A stretch of DNA of 64,000 nucleotides, taken from NCBI GenBank assembly GCA_001662655.1, contig KV460212.1, one strand, 5' to 3'. How positions within the stretch are numbered: the first letter of the stretch is position 1; every line of letters begins with the position of its first letter. This document shows positions 45,468 through 57,766 of the stretch, in pieces. The stretch is from Pseudogymnoascus verrucosus (lineage: Eukaryota). The notes under the pieces were generated by a model, which saw only the letters and a list, made by a program, of their open reading frames with translations, did not search any database and was not told the origin of the DNA. A program made the translations under genes and the position numbers.

Positions 45468-47438
45468 CTACTCCCCCTTCTCCCTCCCCTCCGCCCACTC
45501 CTCCATAGCCAACCTCTCACTAAAACTCCTCGCCCCTCCACCCTCAACCCACCCCCCTGCCGACCCCCCCCAGGACGCCCCCCTAGCCCCACTCATCCCA
45601 TCCCTCAAGCTCCCCACAAACGAGCTCACCTCCCCCATCCGCCGCGCCGCCTCATGCATCGCGGGGCTGACTATCGGTTCCGCAAAAGGATGATAGGAGT
45701 TGCGGAGGGAACTGCCTACTACTGGAGCGTACGAAATATCTGCGCCTGCGCCTCTGCCTCCGCCAGTATCTGCATCCACATCACCTGCCTCAGGCGCGGA
45801 AGTCGCGCGTGCTTTCGGCGTCACGATAGCCCGCGCGGGCGACGTGGCGTAGGCTGATAGTGCGGCGGGAACGGGACGCTCAGGCGAAGCGGGGGCGGAA
45901 CTCGAGCTTGACGTCGAGTCCGGGGACTGTGCGCGTGGTGGTTTGGCGCGGCGAGTGCGTGTTGAGGGCGGAGCGTCGTCGAAGGCAAAGAAGTCGTCTT
46001 CGGAGTCGGAGTCGAGGTGGGGGGTTGATGTTGGGGAGGGCGGAGCGGCTGTGGATGCCGCGGTGGTGGCGCCGAGGGGGGGTCTTGTAGGCTGTGTGGT
46101 GGTGGGCGCAGGGGTTTTCGACGGTGGAGAAGGAGACGTGAGGGTGTTGGAGGGGTTGGCGCCGCCGGAGATATCGATGGGCATTGCTGGCGATGTGGTG
46201 TTATTCGTCATGACGCTCCTGGTTGAGTGCATAGGCGCCAGCGGCGTCATCTCGGAGAGTATGTCCTTCTCTTCCTCTGCCTCCTCAATAGACACGTTAG
46301 ATACGTCTTCGTGCAGTTGCGAGACATGTGGTGACGTCGATGGCGACACGGGCCCTGGAATGGCAATTGGCGATGCTCCATTGGGGGACTGCGGCGACAT
46401 CCGCCGCGGCGCAATGCTGATGAAATCCTCTTCATCTGACAACGCGGCTGCCGCATCGTCGATAGATACAGACGCAGACCCATCAGCCGGTGCGCGCACC
46501 TCATCCCACTTCGTGCCATCATCCTCGACAGGGCCACGAGACAGCATTCTCAAAGCCTGCGAGCTCGAGATCCGCCGCGGCGCAATCTCCTCATCCACAT
46601 CCTCCACCTGCTCTATCTCCGCGTGTTCTTCCCCTCCCTCATCGGCCTCGCTCGACATCGCATCTAGCACCGAAGGCATCATCGTCGTCTCAGCCACACT
46701 CGGACTCGACGTCGTCGGGAACTCCTTGCCCGCAAACTCAAACCTAACTCTGCGCAGTCCATTCACCTTCCCCGAGCTCGAGTTCCTTCTCAGCGCGCTC
46801 CTTCGCACCGGATTCTCAGGATCAGACATCGCGCCCGAATCATCCGTATTCCGCCGCCGCGGCTCCGGTTTCCTCGGGGGTGGCGAATACGATGCCGACA
46901 GACTCGCCGCCGCCAGCTCTGCCTTCTTATCCGCCTCCGCGTCCTGTGCCGCCTTCAGCGTGGGCGTCCCATCTCCACTAGACCGCCTCTCGTGCTTATC
47001 GGAGCTATCTAGCAACGGCAGATATCCCTGTGTAAAAACACCCAAAAACTCGGCTTCCCTCGCGTGCGGACTCCGCGGCACATCTGTATCCGCCACACCA
47101 GCTACATCTATCGGTGGCGGCGGCGCCAACTTGCCCTCCTCCTTCAGCCGTCCTACTTCCCGTGCAATCTCACCCGCTGGATTCGTAGAAGGCGGTGTCT
47201 CTGATACCTCCGGCGTCGCTGTGGCGGCTACGGTGTCGACGAGCGAAGGGTAGGCGCCCATGCCCTCTGCCACTGCGGCGGTGACGGAGGCGGCGACATC
47301 GGGGGAGACGTCGCGCAGGAGGGCGTCGGAGTGCTTGGTGAACTCGGCGGCCATGTCGCGGCGGTAGAGCAGGACTTTGTGGTCCAGCTCGCGCAGTTTG
47401 GAGTGCAGAGAAGCGATGAGGGTGGAGGCTTCGTCCAT
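45468..47438 (-). CDS. Fungal hypothetical protein, 656 aa (N-terminal coiled coil, RRVRF motif, disordered remainder)
   Basis: Long ATG ORF with LHSKLRELDHKVLLYRRDMAAEF, PHAREAEFLGVFTQGYLPLLD, LRRVRFEF, SSSQALRMLSR and SFVGS..RSFSERL. Confidence 0.85.
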   Translation of the reverse strand: MDEASTLIASLHSKLRELDHKVLLYRRDMAAEFTKHSDALLRDVSPDVAASVTAAVAEGMGAYPSLVDTVAATATPEVSETPPSTNPAGEIAREVGRLKEEGKLAPPPPIDVAGVADTDVPRSPHAREAEFLGVFTQGYLPLLDSSDKHERRSSGDGTPTLKAAQDAEADKKAELAAASLSASYSPPPRKPEPRRRNTDDSGAMSDPENPVRRSALRRNSSSGKVNGLRRVRFEFAGKEFPTTSSPSVAETTMMPSVLDAMSSEADEGGEEHAEIEQVEDVDEEIAPRRISSSQALRMLSRGPVEDDGTKWDEVRAPADGSASVSIDDAAAALSDEEDFISIAPRRMSPQSPNGASPIAIPGPVSPSTSPHVSQLHEDVSNVSIEEAEEEKDILSEMTPLAPMHSTRSVMTNNTTSPAMPIDISGGANPSNTLTSPSPPSKTPAPTTTQPTRPPLGATTAASTAAPPSPTSTPHLDSDSEDDFFAFDDAPPSTRTRRAKPPRAQSPDSTSSSSSAPASPERPVPAALSAYATSPARAIVTPKARATSAPEAGDVDADTGGGRGAGADISYAPVVGSSLRNSYHPFAEPIVSPAMHEAARRMGEVSSFVGSLRDGMSGARGASWGGSAGGWVEGGGARSFSERLAMEEWAEGREKGE

Positions 47439-48493
47439 GGCCTGGGGCGGGGGGCGTGAGGTGAGGTTGAGTGAGGTGCGTACAGGTGCGGTTCAGCGGT
47501 GTTGAGTCATGCCGGAGCTGACGTGGTGGGAGCCTGGGAGGTAGAGGGTGGGTTTTGTATGAGGCGTGAGGCTGTGCAGTGTTGAGATGGAGGAGGATGG
47601 TGACGATTGAAGGGTTTGGAGATGTGGAGGAGTTGCGGAGGAAGATGTGGAGAAGTTGGTGTGGTTGTGGAGTTACGAGTGTGCGTTTGGGTTGGGGTTG
47701 ATGGAGGGATGACTAGCAGGCAACTATGAACTACCGTACTTCCAGACCGCCGGAGCCAAAGATTAGAGTGCAGCGGAGAGATACAGTTGCTGGATGTACA
47801 GATATTCCGCCGCCGCAACGCCGATCCTTGGCAAGACCAGGCAAGACAGGGCAGCTGGAAGATCAGACGCCGAACTGGTATATTACTGCTGATATGGCTA
47901 TATTACGGTGTATTATGATTAATATAACAGTCTAATCACAACTGAGTGATTTACAGCTTTCTTTTCCAACTGGATTCCTCAATAAATCCCTCTCGGAGTG
48001 TCCGTCGAGTCCACTACAGGTCACGGGGGCTCTACACTGATCAACACTCTAATAGCCCCGTCAACATCATACGAGTGACGTAGGTAGTATCAAAACTCCA
48101 CTTTCATCTGGACCTCTACCTCACACACAAACAACGGTACCTGCTCCCCCATGCACGTATAAGTATAGTATAAACAGTATAATCATCGCTCGACCTCTTA
48201 TCTCCTCGTCCGCCTCATGAATCCCACTCACTGGGTTCATGGAGCTGCCAAGTTGGCGTGGGTTGGAATCCGGGATCGGCGCAGCTTTCTCCGGAGTGAG
48301 GCGGGATGCCTTTCTGGGATGTTGACAGGTTGAACAGCTTCACAGTATAGGGCGAGTAGAGTATTACAGAGCAAGACAGAGGAAAACCTTCAATTCCGTC
48401 TAACACAGTAGTGCCATTTTCGACGTTTCGTGATTGCGTGAAACTATCCGTACAGTACATACATACATGATATCCCCTACCCCTATCCCTCAA

Positions 48494-50135
48494 CTACTCC
48501 TCAATACCCCCAACCTTCTTCTCCTTAAACATATCCAACTCCCCCATACTGCCCACCCCATCCAACAACCTTTTCGCCTCCTTCCACCCCCCCGGCCCCT
48601 CCGACTCCACCTCCGCCCTGGAATCCACATCTCCTCCAAACGCGCGCCTCCCAACCCCCCCACCAACCCGCTCCCCACTAACCTGTTCCTTTGTCCCCCT
48701 AACCGCCTGATCAAGCACACTATGCGCCTTCGCAGCAGCCGCCGACTTCGCACCCTCCATCTTCTCCCCCATCCCCACCGCCCCATCCACCAGCGGCAGC
48801 GCCGTCGCCCCCGCCGTCTTCGACCCCTTCATCCTCTCCGCCGCGCGCTGATACGCGTCCTTCTTCCTCGCTAACTTCTTCGCCTGCTCCGCCGCGCGCT
48901 CGTACGCGTCTGTCTTCTTCACCTCTCCCAGTCCAACTTTGCGATACGCGCTCATGAGAGCGAAGTATAACTTGATGACCCACCCGTGAACTTGCTCCTT
49001 CACAAGCATCGTAATTCCATGACTGAAGAAGCCCTTGAGTACCTCCCCCCCGAGTCCAACGTAGAGCGCCTCTAGCCCCTCATCGCGGTAGATGCGCGCT
49101 ACGGCACTGAATACCGTCGCGTCAGCAGCGCGCTTGAGGTCCTTCCGTCCCACTGCCTTGGCGGCTTTGGCAGAATGCGCGGCCTTGTGGAGGTCGGATT
49201 TCGCCTCCGCCTTGAGTTCAGCACGGGACTGCTTAACTGCTGGTGCGGGTGAGACTTGTGAGCGCGACTTGGCGAGTGAGAAGGGGTAGGTGATACTCGA
49301 TGCGGCGGCCTTGGAAAGCGCAGCAAGGAGGAACGTAAGACGTGCCCCTGGGTCGTCGCGCTTGGAGCGTGGTAGTAGGCGTTTCAGTGACTCGAAGAAG
49401 AAGAATGTGAGGGAGGGGTTGAGTGTCAGTACCAGACTGGCAGAGTACCCGCCCCAGAAGCCTTGGATGCCCTTCTCCTTGAGGATGCGATTCGCGATAT
49501 CCTGCACCGAGGTTGCGCTGCGGGAGGTCTGGGCGCGAGTTGCGATGTTGGATAGGGGTGTAGTGAATAGCTTACTTAGGGCGCCAGCAGCGGCGCCCAC
49601 GGCGAGTTCGTCAAGGGTGCTGAGTTTGTGAGTGCTGTGTGCATCGAGTCGGTGCGTGCGTAGGTAGTTATAGAAGAGGAAGAAGAGGAATGAGTCTGCG
49701 ATACTCTTCGCGGTGTCGGGGATGGCGCCAGCGAAGAAACCTGCAATGCCGTCACGCGCGTAGATCTTCTCGGCGGCGTCGAGGATGCCGTCGTATGTGT
49801 CATCGGAGGAGTCGGTGGAGTTGGAATGCTGGATGCGCTGGACTTGAAGACGCTTAATTATCAGATCAAGGGGGTAGGTGACAAGGTTCGAGATGGCCGT
49901 TCCTGTCGAACCAGAGATAGCGTGGCCGAGTGCGGGTAGGGCGTTGGAGGGAGAGCCATGGTGGTGGTGCTGGTGCTGGTAGAGGAGGGAGTTGGGGTCT
50001 TCTTTCTCGATATGGTAGATGGAGTAGGCGTCCTATGAGTAGACTGTTAGCTACCGTCATTCGTGATTTCTGTGACTCCTAAACGCGCTGAAACAATGAC
50101 TTGCATACCAGTTGGCTATTGTAGATGTGCGCCAT
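48494..50135 (-). CDS. ANT1: Peroxisomal adenine nucleotide transporter (mitochondrial carrier family)
   Basis: Exon 1 50135-50109 and intron 50033-50108. Then LPALGHAISGSTG, YPLDLIIKRLQVQ, TPLSNIATRAQ, ASLVLTLNPS, TYPFSLAKSR and KGFFSHGITM. Confidence 0.85.
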
Positions 50136-50704
50136 CTTGGAGTCTGGCGAAGTGCTCGAGGGCCAATACAAGAATAGGGGCAGATTATCAGAAACGTGGG
50201 AATTCAAATGATATATCGTCAATATGATTTAATGGTTAACATCCATATAATGTAGGTAGAGCCTGTGGAATCGAATCCAAAGGAGAGGACTTGGATGTGA
50301 TGATGGAGTTCCGACGTTCTCGTTCTGGCCAATACGTCATACCCAGGTCCCGATGATCCCTGTGAGTTTCCAAGGTATCACTTTATGGCCCGTGCATATC
50401 ACTTCATGTGAACGCGGTTGTACACGTCGCTCAGGATTAATACCAGCAATTTAAACGCATAGAACTTATCTCTTCAGTTCAACTTTTCAGTATCTAGCTC
50501 ACTAACTGTAGTCCCGAGTAATTAAACGTCTTTACTTGAATTGCAGTTGCTGTAATCACTGTTGTCATGTACAGCCCCTCTTCATGCTTTTTGGTGGCAC
50601 GAGTACTACTTATATTACTGCTATCACATAGAGTTTCATGGCAAACATTACAGGATTAAACCTTTCTTTAATCTGATGGGGTATCTCTATAAGTATGTAT
50701 CGTA

Positions 50705-51843
50705 TCAGCATTGGAATGCAACTCCCAACTTCTCAACTTTATTCATCCCTCCGCTCGCAAATCCCGTTCCCTCGCTCTTGATCTCCACCAGCCCAGGTGT
50801 AACCTTATCCTTCTCGGGTTTCTGTGTCTTCCCCTCCTTGGGTTTAACTTCCGTTAGATCAGCCTCACAGACAAAACAGCGTATTTTATCTGCCTCCGCC
50901 TCCGGTCCATGCGGATCCCCCTTGCCCGCGCTCATGAACTTCTCCGTGCAACTCTTGCATATTACGTGCCCGCAAGGCTTCGTCAGCATGGCTTTCGAGC
51001 TATTGCTCAACGCCTTCTTGCACGCGGGACATATCCGCTGAGTGATCTTCTTGTCTGAGCTCTTCTCCTCGGTGAATGAGACAGTTATAAGAGTATGCAA
51101 CGAGTAAAAGTGCGGCTTATCGGCCTGGGATGACGGGCATACGGGCGAAGATTTCGCCTTCTTCTTGATGTCGTGTAGTGTATTGTTCGTGTTTGAGGAT
51201 GGAGTGATAGACGGTACCCAGAATGACGGTAGAGTCGTCTTCGACGCCTTCTCATCATCAATCGCCTTCCGCGCCTTCGTCCTGTCGTCCTTCGCAATCC
51301 GCAGCAACTCATCCTCATCCAACTCGAATTTCCGCTTCTCCCCACGCTTTCCTCCCACTACATCCTCCTCTACCACGACCTTGCCGCTCTGCCTCCCAAC
51401 AATACTCCGCCCCGCGCCAACCTTGGCCTGTAACCCCATCTGCACCCTCTCAAATTCTTCCACAGCCCTCTTCTTCGCCTCCTCATCATCCTTGAGTGCA
51501 ACATCTTGCGCCTCCGCTAGTTCCCGCTCCGCCACCTTCTCCATCCTCTTGATTTCCTTCTTCTGGGCCAGGATATTCGAGAGGGCGCATTCGCGACAGA
51601 AGATGTGGCCGTGGGAGCAGGACACCGGCGATTGCGCTGGCATCAGGCAGAGACTGCATGATGCGAATGGGAGGAAGGAATCGCGAGATAGGCGGGCGGA
51701 ATTGTTCGACCATGCTGATTTCGCGAGGTCGCGCTCGTAAGATGTGAAGACGCTGCGCGCGGTGTTGCGTTTGCCTTTTGACGTGTTAGATTGCTGGGCA
51801 GTTATGTTTAGAAAGGCGGGGTTTTCAGCTTACTGTGTGACAT
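50705..51843 (-). CDS. NOSIP-like RING/U-box finger protein
   Basis: MSH|SKRNT split by intron 51775-51833. [44 protein letters not shown], and the ending [13 protein letters not shown]. Confidence 0.88.
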
Positions 51844-52148
51844 TTCAGCGTATATATGGTTGAGATATTTGCCGTGAATGATACCTGGCTCGCAAATACA
51901 GGACGTTTATAGAGATGTCTAGATGCGATCTTATCCTTGTCAGTATCCAAAAGTTTGGGGCATCGGATTAAGTAATAATCCGCTCGCCGGCGCAACGGAT
52001 TATGTGTATCAACACGTGCATCTCAATGACCTCGTAACTATTTCTCACACATAGCAGTTGCGCCTTCCTCTTTTCTTTGCTTCGTAAGACAGACGATGAT
52101 TGTTCATTTAATTATCTGAGAAGCTCAGCTGACGCTGGGTATCACGAC

Positions 52149-53511
52149 ATGTCGTCTCTTACTCCCCCAAACCAGCCGTCATTACCTTGGCGAATTGGAT
52201 CATCCGTGACCATCGGAGCGGTCGGGGCCTTTTGTCGGACTTTCCTTTATGGGCTCAATGACTCTCAAGTAGTTGGTCTGGATAGGTTTCTCAAGGTTTT
52301 GGAAGAGAGGCGAGATGTAGGGGCTAGGACTAGGGGACTTCTTACTGGTAAGGGTCTTTGGCGTATCCCCAAGTATTGCCAGTCGCTAATAAGAGAACCG
52401 GACAGTTTCCAATCATGTCAGCGTGTAAGTAATTCGGTGCAAAGCAGCCAAAACTGGCAATTGAAATTTTGAGTATTTCGGCGGCTAACAATGTGAGAAC
52501 AGTATGGATGACCCTTTAATGTGGGGCTTTCTGCCTTATAACATACTGTTCAACCCATCCCTCCAGAGGTGGTCTCTTGGGAGCTACGATATATGCTTTA
52601 AGAACAAGTGAGTCTTGATTGTATCATTTGAGAGAAGTTTGTTTCTGACAAGATCCCGCAGAGCCCTTTCAACGTTCTTCTCTCTCGGCCAAACTCTGCC
52701 TACTCATCGCACCGCCCACTCTGAATTCGGCGGCTTGTTTCAGCCTACTATTACCCAAGCCATCCGCTTACTATCCGCGCAGCCATTTTTAACCCCAGAG
52801 CAAGCCCTGAGTTCCCCGCGGTCCTCACCGTCGGCCTCCCTAAAATCGCCAGACGTCGTCGATCCTTTCTCATCCAACTCGCTGGTTTACCCAATTACCT
52901 ATTCTACCAATGGAACGGATGTGTTTCCAGCCCCGTCAGCTTATGGCTCGCGGAAGCACAGCTGGGTTCACATCTTCCCGGAAGGCCGCATACACCAGCA
53001 CCCAGCACTGGCTATGCGATACTTCAAGTGGGGCGTGTCTCGGATGATACTTGAATCCGAACCTTTACCAGATATAATTCCCATTTTCATTGACGGCACC
53101 CAGCATGTGATGCATGAGAGCAGGACGTTTCCGCGCTTCATTCCTAGAATCGGGAAGAAGATCACAGTGGTGTTCGGCGATAGCGTTGATGGAGAGAAAG
53201 TATTTGGCGACTTGAGGCGCAGGTGGAAGGCCCTCGTTGAGATGCAGCGGGAAGCGTTGGAGAAGAAAGGGCAAGATACCACAATGGAGATGGGAGTGCT
53301 CACAGAGGGTCTGAAGTATAACGCAGAAGCCGTGGCACTGCGGCTGGAGGCAACTCAGCGGATGCGAAATGAAGTTGTGAAGTTAAGGAACTCGCTGGGA
53401 TATGACGCAGAAGATCCCAAGAATGGATTCGTGGAAACGTGGATAGAAGAAGGAAAGAGCGGAGCCAGAGAGGGCCACATGAAAGATGATAGCTGGACCA
53501 AAGATACCTAG
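52149..53511 (+). CDS. TAZ1: Tafazzin (cardiolipin transacylase)
   Basis: RGLLTVSNHVSVMDDPLMWG (HX4D) is assembled over introns 52348-52405 and 52425-52502 with a 19-nt micro-exon. A third intron lies at about 52608-52661. Later motifs WVHIFPEGR and FKWGVSR. Confidence 0.92.
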
Positions 53512-53955
53512 AAGTAGACTGTACAAACATCCATTCGTACCATTAAAAATCACCTGTACCAAGCCAATAATCATCAATTCGTGGGCAAGATACAAACAGG
53601 ATTCTAAGCTGAAGATATGCATCAAAGAGATGTTACCGCTGCATAATCGGGTACCTACATGCCAATAGATCCAATATAAGCTTGTTGTTCCAAGTGACGG
53701 GGCGTGAGGTTTGATCGCTGATCCACTCTAACTGGCTGGGTCCCTGTTCCTAGCGGATTATCGTTAGCCCGACCATAGCTCCGCCCGCCCACCAAGCGTC
53801 GTCATAAGCCGTGGACGATGGACAGCAAGGTTGGAAGGAACATACAGCGCCATCAAACAACGAACAGCGACCACAGCACATATTGCGTTTACAGCGGCAC
53901 TGAGTCATTGTTAAACGATACCCGCCTCACGCTCAGTGTCTTAGAGGGTGCTTGC

Positions 53956-56153
53956 ATGATGTGGAACGACGAAGACAACAATCCGTATGGGACGAGCTTT
54001 GAGCGGCGAGACTCTGGGACGTCATCCTCTGCAAACCAGAGCACAGCGGAGCAAGGTGAGTTCTTTCAGTCCTTCATTATATCATTCATTACAGGACTAT
54101 GTACTCTGTATTTCTTGGAGACTACGACGATAGCGATACTGATTGGCGTGTTGTAGCCCATAGCACCTCCGATTCAGCCGCGCCAGATGCCTTTGCCGAC
54201 CCCCCGGACTTCGCCCAATCGGCAGGCTTTGTGAATGAAAGTGATAGCGAGGAAGGTTATGCCTCTGAAGCGTTGGGGAATTCACGACCGGGGCCAAAAC
54301 CGGGTGGTTATGACAGCCGCGTGGAGCAGCTCCTATACGAGAACCCCAACCTACCCATCCTGATCACGGAAGCTGGGAAAGGCGCGGACGGCACGAAGTA
54401 TATTGCATATACCATCAGGACAGGCGTTAGTATTTTGTTCACGCATTGAGACTTCTTGCTGACAGACACAGGATTTGGAAGTTCGCAGGCGATACTCTGA
54501 ATTCGCATCTCTGAGAGATGCGCTCGCTAGGCTGCACCCGACTCTAATAATCCCGCCAATTCCAGAGAAGCATACAATGGCAGACTATGCTGCAAACCCC
54601 ACGAAGGCGAAGCAGGACCAGCAAATGATCGATTACCGGAAGCGGATGCTGGCAGTGTTTCTGAACCGCTGTCGTCGCATGGAAGACGTCCGCAATGATG
54701 GAGTTTGGTGGAGGTTTTTGGATCCTAATTCGAGCTGGGTTCGTATATTTTCCACTATTGAGGGCTATGGAATGCTGATTATTTGCAGAGCGAAGTTCTC
54801 CACACTCACCCCATTGCATCAATTCCAAAATCTACTCTGAATGCGCCACCACTCGACACCGCAAATCCCACCCCCGCTCATGCCTACCTGCCACGACCAC
54901 CTGCATCTGCGAAACTCAAGGCTGCCGGATATTATAATACTAATTCCCAGGGAATGCTCAGCCAGCCATCGGACTTCAATTCTAGCCCATCTGCTGCGGC
55001 GCACTCTACGCCAGGTCCGCAAGTATTCGGCCGATTCCCTCCTGACACAAAGAACATGAGCGAGCAAGATCTAGATGGCTACTTTGTGAACTTTGAGGCT
55101 TCTTCGAAAGAACTAGAGCTCCTTCTAATGGGTTCGATGGAGAAAGTAAACAAAAGGACACTGACGCATCTCGGCCAATTGTCTTCTGATTTTGCAGAAC
55201 TAGGCGCCAGACTTAACGCTTTGTCATTACCAGAACCGTCCGCGTCTCTTTCGGCGGCGATCGAACGAGTTGGTCGGGCGGTGGACGATTCGTACTTGGC
55301 CACGGAAGAGCTTGTCAACTCAGTAGGCGCTACCTTTGCCGAGCCCATGCGCGAGTCGGCGCAATTCGCAGGTGTCGTCCGCACTGTCCTCAAATACAGG
55401 GTAATGAAGCGAGTCCAGCAAGAAATGGTGATTGACGAGCTCGCCAAGAAACGTGCAACTTTAGACTCGCTCGAACGCAGCGAGGCGGAAGCACAGCGCA
55501 TCGAGCAGTATCTGAGCAACGGCGGGCGCTCAGAGGGTCTACGCCGTTCTACTTCATCGGGCCGGGACGCTCCAAGTAGGAGAGACGCCCACTCTGAAGA
55601 AACAGAAAGCATCGACTCCGACTTCCCACCTACCCATGATGGCACCGCGCCCAGTGCACAGCAAGGCATACCACAAGACCACAACGCCTTGTCTCACAAG
55701 AAGAGCAGCAGCGGGAACTTTATCACCAACAAGATCTTTGGGCGGATCAGTCATGCTGTCCATGGGCTTGCGGACGTGGACCCGGAGAAATCGCGGCGCG
55801 ACAACATCGGGAAGACCCGTGAGGCCATTGGACACCTCGAGCAGGGACAGGTGGCTGTCGCAAAGGACGTCACGGATGCGAGTGCAGGTGTGCTTAAGGA
55901 TCTGAGGAGGTTCCAGGATGAGAAGGAGGATGATTTGAGGAGGTATATGGTAAGTGTTTGGATTTTCAATGTCTATTCTGCCCCGCGATTACTATGTGCC
56001 GGTCTATTTCTATATACTGTGTCCCTATACCAAATATCTTGCTAACTCCTCTACCAGCTCGCGTACGCCAAGTCGCAGATCGAATGGGCAAAGAAGAACA
56101 AGGAGACGTGGGAGGATGCGAAGGTTGAGATCCTCAAGATTGACGAGTCGTGA
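53956..56153 (+). CDS. SNX41: Sorting nexin Snx41/Atg20-type (PX + BAR)
   Basis: MWNDEDNNPYG and a PX domain (VRRRYSEF..LHPTLIIPPIPEKH..RKRML..FLNRC), then BAR helices. Introns about 54056-54156, 54426-54471, 54739-54788 and 55950-56057. Confidence 0.88.
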
Positions 56154-56530
56154 CAAGATTGGGATATGTGGTGATGGTTCTTTGAGAGCCAGGTAATATG
56201 TGACGTGTTGCAGAACACGTTGCGTTTGGGTGATCCTCATATTAATATGGGGTTGTCGTAGGCGTTTGAAGTCGAGCGCTGAATCAAAACATACATCTAA
56301 ACCGTATCCGTCATTGCTTCCATTGGCTGGAAATCGCATGTGCTGAATTTGCTGGTGAGGCTGCTGTATAACGCCAAAAGTTCCCAGTTTCGCCAATGCC
56401 GATTCTCGTCATTATTTTTCACGGGGCAGTACTATCATGCACAAGCCCCCCGCTTTGCTCTATTGCAGCGCGGTGTGACAATTAACCCACCATCTTATCC
56501 AAAACAGTAATCAGTCCATGTGGCCGAGGC

Positions 56531-57352
56531 TCAAGAAGACTTCCTGCCCTCCAAGGTCCTCACTGCCTCTCCTAGCCACCAGGCATGGATTCTAGCATCG
56601 CCCGTTAGCTCCGGGTGGAAGCTAGTACCAAACACATTCCCCTGTCTCACAGCTACTATATCGCCCGCTTCATTGTTGGTCGCGCTATCTTGACCTTTGA
56701 CAGCTGCGGTGCGGCCTTGCACTGTACCCAGGATCTCCACTGGCTGCTGCTTGATCGAAGGGTCAATTCCTTCAGCAACATCCTTCGATGGCGCAATAAC
56801 AGTCTCTGGCTTCTGTGCCTCGTCCTCCTGTGCGCCATCAGATGCCTTCAGCAGAGTCTCAACAATCGGCGCTCTGATGAAGATCGCGCGGAACGGGTCC
56901 GCCTTGCCACCCTCAGCGCCCAGGAATTTGAGATCCAGATCCGCCTGGAAGGACTCCGTCTGTCTCCCAAAATGGTTGCGGTTGACACGCACGTCCAGAC
57001 CGCCAATTAGCTCCTGTCCGCCGGCCTTTGTGCGGTTGGCCGACTCGGCGAGCAGGATAAGCCCCGCACATGTGCCCCACGTCGGCTTGCGCTGGACTTT
57101 GACGAAGTCGCGGAGGGGTTCGAGGAGGTTGCAGCGCTCGGCTATGAGAGAGATGGTGGTGGATTCGCCGCCGGGGATGACGAGAGCGTCACAGCTTGCG
57201 AGTTGGGCGGCGGTGCGGACTTCGAGGAAGGTGAACTGGGTGGCGGGGTGAAATTGGGCTGCTGAGCGCAGGAGTTGGGTGTGTTCGTTAAAGGCGCCTT
57301 GGAGGGCGAGGACGCCGACCGTGAAGGCGTTTGAAGTGCCGAGGGAACCCAT
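56531..57352 (-). CDS. SNO1: Pyridoxal 5'-phosphate synthase glutaminase subunit (SNO/PDX2)
   Basis: GVLALQGAFNEH, IPGGEST, WGTCAGLI, RNHFGRQ, FIRAP and SFHPELT. Confidence 0.96.
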   Translation of the reverse strand: MGSLGTSNAFTVGVLALQGAFNEHTQLLRSAAQFHPATQFTFLEVRTAAQLASCDALVIPGGESTTISLIAERCNLLEPLRDFVKVQRKPTWGTCAGLILLAESANRTKAGGQELIGGLDVRVNRNHFGRQTESFQADLDLKFLGAEGGKADPFRAIFIRAPIVETLLKASDGAQEDEAQKPETVIAPSKDVAEGIDPSIKQQPVEILGTVQGRTAAVKGQDSATNNEAGDIVAVRQGNVFGTSFHPELTGDARIHAWWLGEAVRTLEGRKSS

Positions 57353-57766
57353 TATTAGAGGTAAGTGAGGTTAATAGTATCAATTGTTGAGAGTTGATGC
57401 GTTGAAAGATCGAAGATTTTTGACTCATGGTAAATAAGCTTTATGGGGGATCGGCCGTGGGGGGTCGGATAATCGTTTCTCCTCGGCGTTCCTATCCCGT
57501 TGACACTAAATTGTTGCCAAATGCAGGGTTCCGCAGTACGTACCAATCAGAGGGTCACATGAAAGGTCGCACCTGCACCGGCGTAATGACCAAGTCCCAC
57601 CAAAATGCTGGAAATCTTGAAAACGGTGACGACCTCAAAGAACCCCACGTCCCGCTTTCTCTCTTCTCCATATGCTTCTCTGTCTTGCGTCCCGGGAGGG
57701 TTATCAACAATAACGACAAGAACTCACTCTTGCACCCCGACAGCGACATAGAAACTACCGCCCATC

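Noticed and set aside
45943..47253. 436-aa plus-strand ORF
   Set aside because: Antisense shadow of the 656-aa gene; no ATG start or domain.
48215..48242. Hairpin CATGAATCCCA-CTCAC-TGGGTTCATG downstream of ANT1
   Set aside because: Isolated short stem with no H/ACA, C/D or other ncRNA hallmarks.
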